Virus record (IMG/VR): IMGVR_UViG_3300043464_001367
Coordinates: 1 to 61,911 of that record
Direction: 5' to 3' (one strand)
Source of the DNA: a virus
Lineage: Duplodnaviria > Caudoviricetes
DNA length: 61,911 nt
The translations under genes were made by a program, and so were the position numbers. The notes beneath the pieces are model-generated. The model was given only the letters and a program-made list of their open reading frames with translations, made no database searches and was not told where the DNA came from. Shown here one piece after another: positions 28,720 through 38,334 of the stretch (position 1 is its first letter; each line of letters opens with the position of its first letter).

Positions 28720-29013
28720 ATGGAAACGATTCATCGCACAGATTGTTTTGAAATTCAAGAAGGTCCAGCAGTTTGTCTGATTCATCCTGATGGCACTATT
28801 CAGGTGCAACGTCTTTTGATGAAAATAACTCGTGACGAAAATGGCATTATCATAGATGTTGAGAAGAGTGGCATTGTAACTTTGCCAGAACTCTATGTGA
28901 TTGGAGAACAGATCAACGAAGATGAAACATGGACTGGTCCAGTAATCTATAAGCCACACGATTATACACCATACAAACTTGTTCAAGTAGAGAAAGAAGA
29001 AACATCAAGATGA
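28720..29013 (+). CDS. Hypothetical protein between the direct repeats
   Basis: 97 aa, ends EKEETSR in an ATGA overlap with ugd stub 2. Confidence 0.6.
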   Translation: METIHRTDCFEIQEGPAVCLIHPDGTIQVQRLLMKITRDENGIIIDVEKSGIVTLPELYVIGEQINEDETWTGPVIYKPHDYTPYKLVQVEKEETSR

Positions 29014-29081
29014 AAATTGGATTCATGGGTTTGGGTAAGTTGGGTTGATTACTTATTTGCATGAAGTTCACAGCACCTAAA
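28991..29081 (+). repeat. 91-bp direct repeat, copy 2
   Basis: See copy 1; offset 376 bp. Confidence 0.95.
29010..29048 (+). pseudogene. ugd 5' stub 2 (MKIGFMGLGKLG-stop)
   Basis: Same peptide as stub 1, followed by TACTTA (29050-29055) and the endonuclease ATG. Confidence 0.85.
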
Positions 29082-29846
29082 GGCAAAAAGCTCTGCGGCA
29101 TATACCAAATCACTAACTTGATTGATGGTAAATGTTACTACGGCCAATCTTATGATATACGCAGAAGGTTTCGTGACCACTACCAACATCTCATGAAAGG
29201 CAATCATGACAACCAGTATCTTCAACATGCTTTCAATAAACATGGCTCTGATGCCTTTGAGATGAGAGTAATTGAACTGCTTCCAACTAACGAACTAAAC
29301 GTTGCCGAACAACTACTGCTTGATGAACATGTTGGCAAAAAACACTGTTACAACATCATGCGTAGTGTTGACCAAACCTTTCGAGGACAAAAACACTCGC
29401 CAGAAGCCCTTGAGAAGATGAGTAAGACATGGTTTGGTAAAGGTGAAAATCATACCAATTTTGGCAAACATCTATCGGGGGATATTCGTCAAAAAATTAG
29501 CGAAGCTCATAAAGGTAAAACTCTCTCTGAAGAGACAAAGAAAAAACTTAGTGCGCTTAATTCCGGCGAGAGCCATCCGTTTTATGGCAAATACGGCCCC
29601 GCACATCCTGCGTATGGTCACAAGTGGTCAGAGGAAACTCGTGCCAAAATGACCATTCCAATGCAAAAACATCAAACCAAAGTCGTACAATACGATAGAG
29701 GTTCCGGCAATATACTGGCTGAGTTTGAAAGCTTGAAAACTGCGGAAAATGCAACAGGCGTTGCGTATCAAGCTATTTCTCGATGTTGTCAAGGGATAAG
29801 GCCATCTGCTGGAGGCTTTATCTGGAAATATAAAGGAACAAAATAA
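29061..29846 (+). mobile_element. Free-standing GIY-YIG homing endonuclease with NUMOD3 repeats and a NUMOD1/IENR1-like C-terminus
   Basis: GIYQITN..YYGQS..RRF..H; HSPEALEKMS, LSEETKKKLS repeats; VVQYD..EFES..AISRCC..AGGFIWKY. Confidence 0.92.
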
Positions 29847-29847
29847 C

Positions 29848-31164
29848 ATGCGTATCGGAATGATGGGCCTCGGAAAATTGGGTTTGCCTTGTGCTCTTGC
29901 TTCTGAGGCTGCTGGACATGATGTTGTTGGGTATGATCTCAACCCTGCTGTTGCTGGTTATATCAGAGACAAGAAGATTCCATATCGTGAGGAAGGCACG
30001 CCTGAGTTGCTTGTAAACACCAAGATCAGGGTTGTGTCTGTTGACGAGGTTGTTGCTCACTCAGACTTGATCTTTGTGGCAGTTCAAACGCCGCACAACC
30101 CAAGGTTTGAAGGCACAACTCGAATCCCAGAAGAGCGAGTTGACTTTGACTACACCTACCTGATTGATGCTTGCACTCAACTCAATGCTGCAATCGAAGC
30201 ACAGGGAGTTGACAAACCTGTTGTTGTTATTTCAACCGTTCTTCCAGGCACCATGGATTCAAAGGTTCTTCCTTTGCTTGGGCCTCATTTCAAACTGTGT
30301 TACAATCCATTCTTCATTGCGATGGGAACCACGGTTTATGACTTCACACACCCAGAGTTCGTGCTGTTTGGAATGAGTGACGAGAAGACTGCTGATCTGG
30401 CTGAGTCTTTCTACAAGACCATTCACAAAGCTCCGTTCTACCGTTGCTCTATCAAGAGTGCTGAGTTGATCAAGGTTGCTTACAACACCTTCATCTCCAC
30501 GAAGCTTGCTTTCGTGAATAACCTGATGGAAGTCTGTTATCATACTGGTGCTGATGTTGACGAAGTTACCTCGGCACTTAAACTCGCAACTGAAAGACTG
30601 ATCTCTCCAAAGTACCTCAATGCTGGAATGGGAGATGGTGGTGGGTGCCACCCAAGAGACAACATCGCTCTTTCCTGGCTCTCCAGAAAACTTGGAATGA
30701 CCTATGACTTCCACGAAGCCATCATGGTTGCAAGAGAGAAGCAGACGGAGTTCCTGGCAAACTTGATTCAAAAACACATTCATGCGATTGATTACGAGAA
30801 ATCACAATCGCTAGAAGTTGGACATGCATACAAAACTCTTCCAGTCATCATTCTTGGAAAAGCTTTCAAGGAACAAACCAACCTTGAAGTTGGTTCTCCT
30901 TCGATACTGTTGAAAAACATCTTGGCTGAACGTGGAATAGAAGCTAAGATGTATGATCCTTGGATTGATCCATGTGATGACAAGACAGTAAATCCTTATG
31001 AGGATGCTGCTCCTCACTTGTTCTTCATAGGAACTCATCATGCTGTCTTTGCCGACTACAAGTTCCCCAAGGGCTCAGTTGTGGTTGATCCATGGAGAAT
31101 GATCAAAGACCAAGATGGAGTCGTTGTCATTCGGGTTGGTGAAGCTACAAAAACACCAGTTTGA
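29848..31164 (+). CDS. ugd: UDP-glucose/GDP-mannose dehydrogenase family protein
   Basis: GLGKLG Rossmann motif, FVAVQTP, ISTVLPG, AELIKVAYNTF, GDGGGCHPRD, GKAFK, YDP. Confidence 0.93.
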   Translation: MRIGMMGLGKLGLPCALASEAAGHDVVGYDLNPAVAGYIRDKKIPYREEGTPELLVNTKIRVVSVDEVVAHSDLIFVAVQTPHNPRFEGTTRIPEERVDFDYTYLIDACTQLNAAIEAQGVDKPVVVISTVLPGTMDSKVLPLLGPHFKLCYNPFFIAMGTTVYDFTHPEFVLFGMSDEKTADLAESFYKTIHKAPFYRCSIKSAELIKVAYNTFISTKLAFVNNLMEVCYHTGADVDEVTSALKLATERLISPKYLNAGMGDGGGCHPRDNIALSWLSRKLGMTYDFHEAIMVAREKQTEFLANLIQKHIHAIDYEKSQSLEVGHAYKTLPVIILGKAFKEQTNLEVGSPSILLKNILAERGIEAKMYDPWIDPCDDKTVNPYEDAAPHLFFIGTHHAVFADYKFPKGSVVVDPWRMIKDQDGVVVIRVGEATKTPV

Positions 31165-32036
31165 TTGAGAATGGGGAGATGACTTCTCCCCAAATCATCG
31201 CAGTATACAGAGTCCTGTATGGAGAAGACTTCATACAGGAATCCATTCGTTCGATCCTTCCTCACGTTGATCAAGTCGTAGTTGTGAAAGCAGAAAAGCC
31301 ATGGGGTGACACAGAAGGTGTCACCTACAAAGGCAACTGGGTTTCATGGCCCGATGTGTTTGACGACACCAGAAAAAAGATATCAGAGTTAAACGAACCA
31401 AGAGTGAAAGTGGTTGATGACTATTGGCCAACTCCAAAAGGACAACTCACTCACATCGTCAATGACTTGATACTTCCAAGCTTAAAACCACAAGAGATAG
31501 TCTTCATAGAACCCGACCATGTTTTCTCCAAGGAACAAGCTTCGAAAGCCTTTGAAGCCTGGAAACAGTTTGGTGGAAACCAAGCAACCACTCGGCAGAT
31601 AGAGCACTGGAAGAACCCGTTCTGGATGGTGCCTGAGAGGCCCAACAGGACATCGGTTGTCTTTCACCGCATCAATGGTCGTCCCATGGGAGAAACGGGG
31701 TTTAACGGGGCTTCAGATGGCATTCACAGGCTTCCTGCTCATGTGAACAACTTCGGTTTCTGCATCTCTGAAAGAAGCATGTACTGGAAGCATCTCACAT
31801 CTTTGGCTTTCAGCAGGGTCGTTGGGGACAGCCTTCCTAATGAGTCCTGGTATGAAAACAAGTGGCTCTCTTGGAATCCTGTTACGAACAATCGCAACCT
31901 TGAGATCTCTCTTGGTTACGAATGGACCATTCCATACGCAATACCATGTTCTCGTGATGTTGTACCTGAAAGTGTTTGTCGGAAGTTTCACTTAGACGAT
32001 TTGACACTGATCAATCAATCTACAACAAAACAATAA
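31161..32036 (+). CDS. Glycosyltransferase-like protein (GT-A)
   Basis: EDFIQESIRSILPHVDQVVVV, FIEPDH; cluster context. Confidence 0.6.
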   Translation: MIENGEMTSPQIIAVYRVLYGEDFIQESIRSILPHVDQVVVVKAEKPWGDTEGVTYKGNWVSWPDVFDDTRKKISELNEPRVKVVDDYWPTPKGQLTHIVNDLILPSLKPQEIVFIEPDHVFSKEQASKAFEAWKQFGGNQATTRQIEHWKNPFWMVPERPNRTSVVFHRINGRPMGETGFNGASDGIHRLPAHVNNFGFCISERSMYWKHLTSLAFSRVVGDSLPNESWYENKWLSWNPVTNNRNLEISLGYEWTIPYAIPCSRDVVPESVCRKFHLDDLTLINQSTTKQ

Positions 32037-33430
32037 TGCCACTAATAAAACAAGTAGAACCAATCACAGTAGCACCAGTTGAGAAAAAGAAGATTCTCTT
32101 TCTGTCGGATCACCCTCTGGCTCCGTCTGGTGTTGGCGTTCAAGCAAGAATGTTGATCGAGGGACTTCTCAGGACAGGGAAGTATACCTTCAGATGTCTG
32201 GGTGGTGCTATCAAACATCCAGACTACTCCACAACCGTTGTCAACCAAGACTTCATCATCAAGCCTGTTGATGGGTTTGGAACACGAGATCAGGTTAGAA
32301 ACATTCTCATGACAGAGAAGCCTGATGCCTTGATCATCTTCACAGATCCTCGTCAGTTCATCTGGCTTTGGGAGGTTGAAGATGAGATTCATCAACTGTG
32401 TCCAATTGCTTACTGGCACGTTTGGGATAACGATCCATATCCAGAGTTTAACAAGATCTGGTATGAGTCAACAGACTTGTTAAACTGTTTGTCCTACAAG
32501 ACATATGAGATGGTCAAAGATCACTTCCCAGAGAAGACGAACTACATACCTCACAGTTTTCCAAAGGGCCTATACTTTGCTGCACCTGAAGATCAAGTGA
32601 AAGTAGCAAGAAAACAAAACTTCGGTGACAAGGCCGATTGGTTTATTGCTCTCTGGGTTAACAGGAATGCCACAAGAAAGATGCCAGGAGATGTTCTTGA
32701 GGGCTGGAAGTTGTTTCTTGATAAACTTGAAAAAGAAACAGGTCACAGAAAAGCTTGTTTGGTTATGCACACTGATCCAATGGATCAAGAAGGGCCAAAT
32801 CTTTTTGCTGTCCAAGAGTTTCTCGGACTTCAAGAAAACGTCATATTTTCCACTCAGAAGCTTGATTTCAAACAGATGAACGTTTTGCACAACGTGGTTG
32901 ATGTTTGCATCAACCTATCCAAAGCTGAGGGCTTTGGACTTTCGACCTTGATTTCCATGCAGTGTGGCAAGCCCATCCTTGCGTTGAAAACAGGTGGGTT
33001 GACAAGACAGGTTGTTGACTATCGTTCAGGTGAAGAGATGGGTGTTGGAATTGATCCTGTTACCAGAAAGATGGTTGGCAGTCAGATGGTTCCTTACATC
33101 TATGAAGACTATGCTTCGCAAGAAGATGTAGCCAATGGCTTGATCAAACTATATCATCAAACCGATGAAGAGAAGTCGGCGTTGAAGGAGAAGATCCTCA
33201 ACTATGTTGATTCGGAGTTCAACTACGACAAGATGATTGAAGATTGGGACAGAACTTTGATGTCAACAATCTTAAAGTGGGAATCTGAGAAAAGCACAAG
33301 AAAACAATGGACTCTTGTTCCTTTGGATAGAGTCGCACCAGTAGAGAGTGTTAAACCACCCACACCAGTTGCAAGTCCATTTAAGAAAATTCACCCAAAC
33401 GTTCTTAAGCGTCTAGGGGCACAAGGATAA
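32036..33430 (+). CDS. Glycosyltransferase family 4
   Basis: SDHPLAPSGVG, VNRNATRK, AEGFGLSTLISM; start set at the TAATG overlap. Confidence 0.88.
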   Translation: MPLIKQVEPITVAPVEKKKILFLSDHPLAPSGVGVQARMLIEGLLRTGKYTFRCLGGAIKHPDYSTTVVNQDFIIKPVDGFGTRDQVRNILMTEKPDALIIFTDPRQFIWLWEVEDEIHQLCPIAYWHVWDNDPYPEFNKIWYESTDLLNCLSYKTYEMVKDHFPEKTNYIPHSFPKGLYFAAPEDQVKVARKQNFGDKADWFIALWVNRNATRKMPGDVLEGWKLFLDKLEKETGHRKACLVMHTDPMDQEGPNLFAVQEFLGLQENVIFSTQKLDFKQMNVLHNVVDVCINLSKAEGFGLSTLISMQCGKPILALKTGGLTRQVVDYRSGEEMGVGIDPVTRKMVGSQMVPYIYEDYASQEDVANGLIKLYHQTDEEKSALKEKILNYVDSEFNYDKMIEDWDRTLMSTILKWESEKSTRKQWTLVPLDRVAPVESVKPPTPVASPFKKIHPNVLKRLGAQG

Positions 33431-33433
33431 TAC

Positions 33434-34609
33434 ATGAAAACAGTTCTTTTAAGAGCACCAGTTCTTACTTTGTCTGGTTATGGTGTTCATGCACGACAAG
33501 TTGCAAGGTGGCTTTTTGATCTTGAAGAATCTCTGGGGCTTGACATCACTGTTGAGCCTTTGAACTGGGGAGTCACAGGATGGCTTACTGATGTGGATGC
33601 AGAGGATGGTCTTGTTGGGAGGATCTTGCAAGCCTCTGACAACACCAAGCCTTTCTATGATGTGACCATCCAACTTCAGCTTCCAAACGAATGGAATCCA
33701 ATGCTTGGAGCATTCAACATCGGGATTACAGCAGGCGTGGAGACAGACTCTTGCAATCCTGCGTGGGTTGATGCAGTAAACCAGATGAACTTGGTTGTTG
33801 TGCCATCAGAGTTCACAAGGAAGTCATTCCTGAACAGCGGAAATGTCACAACCGAGATAGCTGTTGTTCCAGAGTCATTCATTGATGAGGTTCTAGACCA
33901 GGACAACTGTTCAATTGACTTGGATCTTACAACCAGTTTCAACTTCCTTGTGTTTGGTCAGCTAACAGGTTCCAATCCAGAAAACGACAGAAAGAACCTT
34001 GCTTATACCCTCAAGTGGTTTGCAGAAGCTTTCGCAGATAAGCCAAACGTTGGCGTGATTGTAAAAAGCAACCTTGCCAGAAACACCAAGATTGATTTGC
34101 TGGCCTGCACAAACATGTTTACCAATCTTGTCTCTCAGATCAAAACAGGTCCAGGGCCTCGATTCTATCTTCTGCACGGAAACATGCAGAACAAAGAAGT
34201 TGTTGGGCTGTATAAGCACCCTACGATCAAGGCGCTTGTGTCGTTGACTCACGGTGAAGGTTATGGCCTTCCAATCCTTGAAGCAGCCGCATGTGGCTTG
34301 CCAGTGATAGCTCCTGAGTGGTCTGGTTATTTGGATTTCATGAAGCATGGAAAGTTCATCAAGATTGATCACAAACTTTCTCCTATTCATGAGTCAAGAG
34401 TGGACAACCAGATCTTTATGCCAGGAGTGAAGTGGGCATATCCTGTTGAACAGGACGCTAAAAAGAAACTTGTCAAGTTCTATGAGTCACCAGTGATTCC
34501 AAAACAGTGGGCCACAGAACTAAAAACCAAACTTTTGAAGCTCTGCAACTTCGAAGCAGTTGCCAACCACTACTCCAGGCTTTTGGGTCCATGTTTGAAA
34601 GACGACTGA
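33434..34609 (+). CDS. Glycosyltransferase family 4
   Basis: SGYGVHAR, DRKNL, GEGYGLPILEAAACGLPVIA. Confidence 0.9.
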   Translation: MKTVLLRAPVLTLSGYGVHARQVARWLFDLEESLGLDITVEPLNWGVTGWLTDVDAEDGLVGRILQASDNTKPFYDVTIQLQLPNEWNPMLGAFNIGITAGVETDSCNPAWVDAVNQMNLVVVPSEFTRKSFLNSGNVTTEIAVVPESFIDEVLDQDNCSIDLDLTTSFNFLVFGQLTGSNPENDRKNLAYTLKWFAEAFADKPNVGVIVKSNLARNTKIDLLACTNMFTNLVSQIKTGPGPRFYLLHGNMQNKEVVGLYKHPTIKALVSLTHGEGYGLPILEAAACGLPVIAPEWSGYLDFMKHGKFIKIDHKLSPIHESRVDNQIFMPGVKWAYPVEQDAKKKLVKFYESPVIPKQWATELKTKLLKLCNFEAVANHYSRLLGPCLKDD

Positions 34610-34610
34610 T

Positions 34611-34940
34611 ATGTGGGTGATTCTTACTCTGATGTTTTTGTTTTTGTTGGCTTGGGCTGTTCTAGCTACTTTCTTCCTATGGAAGTTTGCCAGGATCATC
34701 TTGATCTTGGAGAATGACTTCTCGGATGCAACTGAGACTCTTCAGAATGCAGAGCAGACGTTGAATGCTTGTTTGGAGTTGCCAATGTTTTTTGATTCGC
34801 CACAAGTTCAAAGAGCCACGATGGAAGCTTTGGATGAAATCAGAACTTCAAAGATTGCAATAGCTGGTTTGATCAGAAAGTTCACGCAACGCAGCAAACA
34901 AAAGTACATTGAAGTAGTCGAAGTAGAAAAGGAAGAATAG
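34611..34940 (+). CDS. Membrane-anchored hypothetical protein
   Basis: N-terminal hydrophobic helix followed by coiled coil. Confidence 0.65.
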   Translation: MWVILTLMFLFLLAWAVLATFFLWKFARIILILENDFSDATETLQNAEQTLNACLELPMFFDSPQVQRATMEALDEIRTSKIAIAGLIRKFTQRSKQKYIEVVEVEKEE

Positions 34941-35704
34941 TGATGACCGTTAAAAAGAAAATATCACGAAAGAAGCCTGGAGAGAAGACCTTCAGGAACT
35001 ACTTTGACGATGATACACAAGACGCAATTGTTCGTTACCAACAAGCTGTCATCACACAACCTGATGGCACGACTGTGCCAAACTATGAGGAACGCAACAA
35101 GATCTATGTTCTTGAGATATTGCCTGCGTTCTCAACTCTGATCGAAAACCTGATCAACGTCTATGGTTATCACGTTCTGTATGAAAGCCGTGAAGACTTG
35201 AAAAATGAATGTCTTGAGTTCTTGTATGGCGTGATCAACAAGTTTAAAGCAGAACGAGGCTCCAAGGCATTTTCTTATTTCAACGTTGTTGGTAAAAACT
35301 GGCTGACCATCAAGAGCAAGCAGAATGCTAAGATTGTACAGAACTACGTCTCGCTTGACAACCGTGAAGCTCTGTCAAAACACGATCTTGATCTGATCGA
35401 AGATCATAACTTTTTTCCATCTGCGGAAGATCTTCTGACCAAAGAAGACATCAGCAAGAATCTCAAGAACTTGGTGGAAAACCTGCGAGGCAAGATAAAA
35501 ACAGAGAACGAGAAGATCTGTTTGGATGCTATTGAGGTCTTGATCGAAAACATTGACGACATTGACGAAATTGGCTTGATCTCTAAAAGAGCAGTGATGC
35601 TCTATATCAGAGAAATAACCGGCTTGTCTAGCAAGCAGCTTTCCATTGTTCTTTCATCCTTGAAAAAACAATATAGAGTAATTAAACAGGAGAGTGTGGG
35701 ATAA
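34940..35704 (+). CDS. Phage RNA polymerase sigma factor (late, gp55-like)
   Basis: NYFD..AIVRY, EDLKNECLEFL..KFKAERGSKAFSYF resembles sigma region 2. Confidence 0.7.
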   Translation: MMTVKKKISRKKPGEKTFRNYFDDDTQDAIVRYQQAVITQPDGTTVPNYEERNKIYVLEILPAFSTLIENLINVYGYHVLYESREDLKNECLEFLYGVINKFKAERGSKAFSYFNVVGKNWLTIKSKQNAKIVQNYVSLDNREALSKHDLDLIEDHNFFPSAEDLLTKEDISKNLKNLVENLRGKIKTENEKICLDAIEVLIENIDDIDEIGLISKRAVMLYIREITGLSSKQLSIVLSSLKKQYRVIKQESVG

Positions 35705-35707
35705 ATC

Positions 35708-36154
35708 ATGAGTGGGTCATATTTCGATGAACAAGAAGCAAAGTTGCAACAGCAACCAGAAGATGGGTTTGAACCGATCTCAGTAAAAGAACTGGAGAGA
35801 CAAACTCAGGTTCAGTTGAAGGTTTTCGGAGATCTGCTGAACTCTTTGGACAAAAGCCTTGATAAAAAAAAGCAACTCTGGAAGCAGATCTACGAGAATG
35901 CTATCACAGACCGCAAGAATGCTTACTTGGTGTTTGCAGACCTCTATGTTGGAGTTCACTCCAAACCTGCCGAACATGCCATTCATGGCCCAACTCTTGC
36001 AAAGTACATGGAGAGGATGAGCAAGTCAACAGATCAACTCTTGAAGCTAGCTGAACTGGTTGCAGCAGCCGAAGACAAGGTGCCTCAAGAGATGGATGAA
36101 AGATTGTCGGACGAAGACGTTTACTCATCAATTCAGCTTAAAAAACAACATTGA
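35708..36154 (+). CDS. Hypothetical helical protein
   Basis: 148 aa ORF following the sigma factor. Confidence 0.7.
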   Translation: MSGSYFDEQEAKLQQQPEDGFEPISVKELERQTQVQLKVFGDLLNSLDKSLDKKKQLWKQIYENAITDRKNAYLVFADLYVGVHSKPAEHAIHGPTLAKYMERMSKSTDQLLKLAELVAAAEDKVPQEMDERLSDEDVYSSIQLKKQH

Positions 36155-36180
36155 TAAGTTTGATACTTATCAATCCCACA

Positions 36181-36294
36181 ATGAAACTCCTGCTTAGAGA
36201 ACTCAGACATCTCATCCAAGAAAAGATCAGACCCTTTGTTGTTTGGCACTCTGAGCAGATTCAAGTGATCAAACAAGAGAGGGTTTTGTCATGA
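36181..36294 (+). CDS. 37 aa ORF, possible internally deleted remnant
   Basis: MKLLLRELRHLIQEKIRPFVVWHSEQIQVIKQERVLS; TACTTA (36164-36169) upstream, ATGA overlap downstream. Confidence 0.5.
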   Translation: MKLLLRELRHLIQEKIRPFVVWHSEQIQVIKQERVLS

Positions 36295-37958
36295 GCAACA
36301 GAGGATACAACATCGGAAGACAGCTAGCTGGTGGTTCTGGTCAGAACAACACCACACAGCAGCAAAGAGACTTTCTCATGGGTGGGTCTGCTCCTGGTTT
36401 GCAGAGAGCGGTTGTTGTGGATGTTATCTATGACCCAAACTCTTTGTCAAACGCAGAGATGAACGCACTGGAAAACCGTGTGTCCAATCCAGAGATGATT
36501 GAGGGTATGCCGGTCAACTCAATCATCGCAAGAGTTGTGACAAACAGCCAGGATCTTGGGCATCCAAGTTTTCATGTTTTCTACCCTTTGTTTTCCACAC
36601 ACTTCCAACTCCCAGTAAAACCAGGGGAGCAGGTTTTCATCCTATATGAAGACTACTCAGGTACAGGGAACTCTTTTGGTTATTGGCTGACAAGACCAAT
36701 AGCCGCAAGACAGATTGAAGATTCCAACTACACACACGCAGACAGGTTGTTTGATCCAGTCAATCACCCAAGAAACATGACACCAGCCATGTTGAGTTCA
36801 TTGACAGCTTCAGCACCTACCTTTCCCAACGGTGCTGGTACACCTGAGTCTTTTTCTCTGTCGCCAGAAGGACGAACAAATCCATATGACCAGATTGTTT
36901 CAACCGCTTCAGCTTCCTTGATCGTAACACCGGAACCTGTACCACGGTTTAAAAAACGACCTGGGGATCTGTTGTTCCAGGGATCTAACAACTCCTTTAT
37001 CTTGCTGGGCCAAGACAGGTCTGGTCCTGCTTTGAGAGTCACAGGTTCTCAGGGCACTGACATCATCGAGAAGGCTGGTGTGATTGACATGGTGACAGGG
37101 CTTGGTGCTCCTAGAAGAATGCCAATAGATGAACGCTCAGACCCATCTGAAGCCAACCACAACCCAACTTCTCCAAGAGTCATAGAAAACACACGAGGCA
37201 AGAAAGAAGTCTACAAAACCCCATATAGAAGCCAGAAAACCGATAACTTGCGAGAGGGCGACCCTGATTTCGTCCGAGATCTTTCAAGGCTGTATCTTGC
37301 AATGAAAACCAAAGGCGATCTAAACTTCAAAGTCCAACTTGGTGGTCAAAACGGAATATATCCTTCAAGCGGAACAAAGCTTGTTCAAACAATCGCTGAC
37401 TTGCCAACAGATGAACAGAATGGTCAGCCATTTGCTGTTTTGAAATCTGAGCAGGTGCGACTGATTGCAAAAGGAAGAGATCCAGACAACGGACCAGGGG
37501 AATCAGGTGAGATTCGACTGATCAAAGAAGGAACTGAGTCGGACAAGGATCTTTCGTTGTTTGTGATGAGCAAAGAAGGAAGGATTCTTTTTGTGGGAAG
37601 GGACGTTCAGCTTCAAACACACGAAGAAGGCAAGGTTCTTCTTCGTTGCAAGAGTGGGAATGCTGAGGATTCTGATCCTATCGTGTTGTTCTCAAAGTTC
37701 AAAGATTTTGCAGAAGACGTGTATGCAAAACTTGCTTTGCTTAAAGACACAGTGGCAAACCAACTTGCACAGGTGGCAACCCAGGGAATTCTAAACACCG
37801 AGAGCCTTGCTCCGTTTTCACCAATACCAGGCTTGGTTGGAGCCAAAGCAGCACTTCTCAATGCCCAGACAAGAATACAACAAACCGATGTGGACTTCAG
37901 ACCAAAGATAGACCCTTGCAGAAGTCGCTGGGTGTTTGTTAACAAAGAAGGTCAGTGA
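36291..37958 (+). CDS. Putative baseplate hub/central spike (gp5-like) protein
   Basis: YPLF..QLPVKPGEQVFI (OB-fold-like), PGDLLFQGSNNSFILLG; located upstream of gp25/gp6. Confidence 0.6.
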   Translation: MSNRGYNIGRQLAGGSGQNNTTQQQRDFLMGGSAPGLQRAVVVDVIYDPNSLSNAEMNALENRVSNPEMIEGMPVNSIIARVVTNSQDLGHPSFHVFYPLFSTHFQLPVKPGEQVFILYEDYSGTGNSFGYWLTRPIAARQIEDSNYTHADRLFDPVNHPRNMTPAMLSSLTASAPTFPNGAGTPESFSLSPEGRTNPYDQIVSTASASLIVTPEPVPRFKKRPGDLLFQGSNNSFILLGQDRSGPALRVTGSQGTDIIEKAGVIDMVTGLGAPRRMPIDERSDPSEANHNPTSPRVIENTRGKKEVYKTPYRSQKTDNLREGDPDFVRDLSRLYLAMKTKGDLNFKVQLGGQNGIYPSSGTKLVQTIADLPTDEQNGQPFAVLKSEQVRLIAKGRDPDNGPGESGEIRLIKEGTESDKDLSLFVMSKEGRILFVGRDVQLQTHEEGKVLLRCKSGNAEDSDPIVLFSKFKDFAEDVYAKLALLKDTVANQLAQVATQGILNTESLAPFSPIPGLVGAKAALLNAQTRIQQTDVDFRPKIDPCRSRWVFVNKEGQ

Positions 37959-38296
37959 TGTCAGAAAACAACGGAATAACCAAACAAGCCCTTGAAGATG
38001 CTTTGAGTGTTGCTGAACTTAGGATTGTGCAGTTCCAACCTCCTGCAACCAGGATTGATCAAAACACCAGGAACAGTCTGCCAACAGCAGCAATCAACAT
38101 ACCTGAAGCTCAACAGCAGATGGCTGAGAAAGCCGCAAAAGAAAGAGCTGATGCTTTGTTTGATGTTTTGGTGCAGTTGATATCTCAAGTTGCGAACGAT
38201 GAAGTGTCAAGACAGCAGATCGTTCAAAGACTGAGCAACCTTGATCAGCGAGTTTCTGCTTTGGAGGCAAGAACTCCTACAACTGGGACCGTTTAA
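37955..38296 (+). CDS. Hypothetical baseplate-region protein
   Basis: 113 aa ORF overlapping the upstream stop. Confidence 0.6.
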   Translation: MMSENNGITKQALEDALSVAELRIVQFQPPATRIDQNTRNSLPTAAINIPEAQQQMAEKAAKERADALFDVLVQLISQVANDEVSRQQIVQRLSNLDQRVSALEARTPTTGTV

Positions 38297-38334
38297 GGTT
38301 TGACAGGGTTTCTACTTACCAAGTACGACGATCA

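Noticed and set aside
29010-29848. Group I intron in ugd carrying the endonuclease
   Set aside because: Only 12 nt before and 1 nt after the endonuclease ORF, leaving no room for a ribozyme core, and the downstream ugd has its own complete N-terminus.
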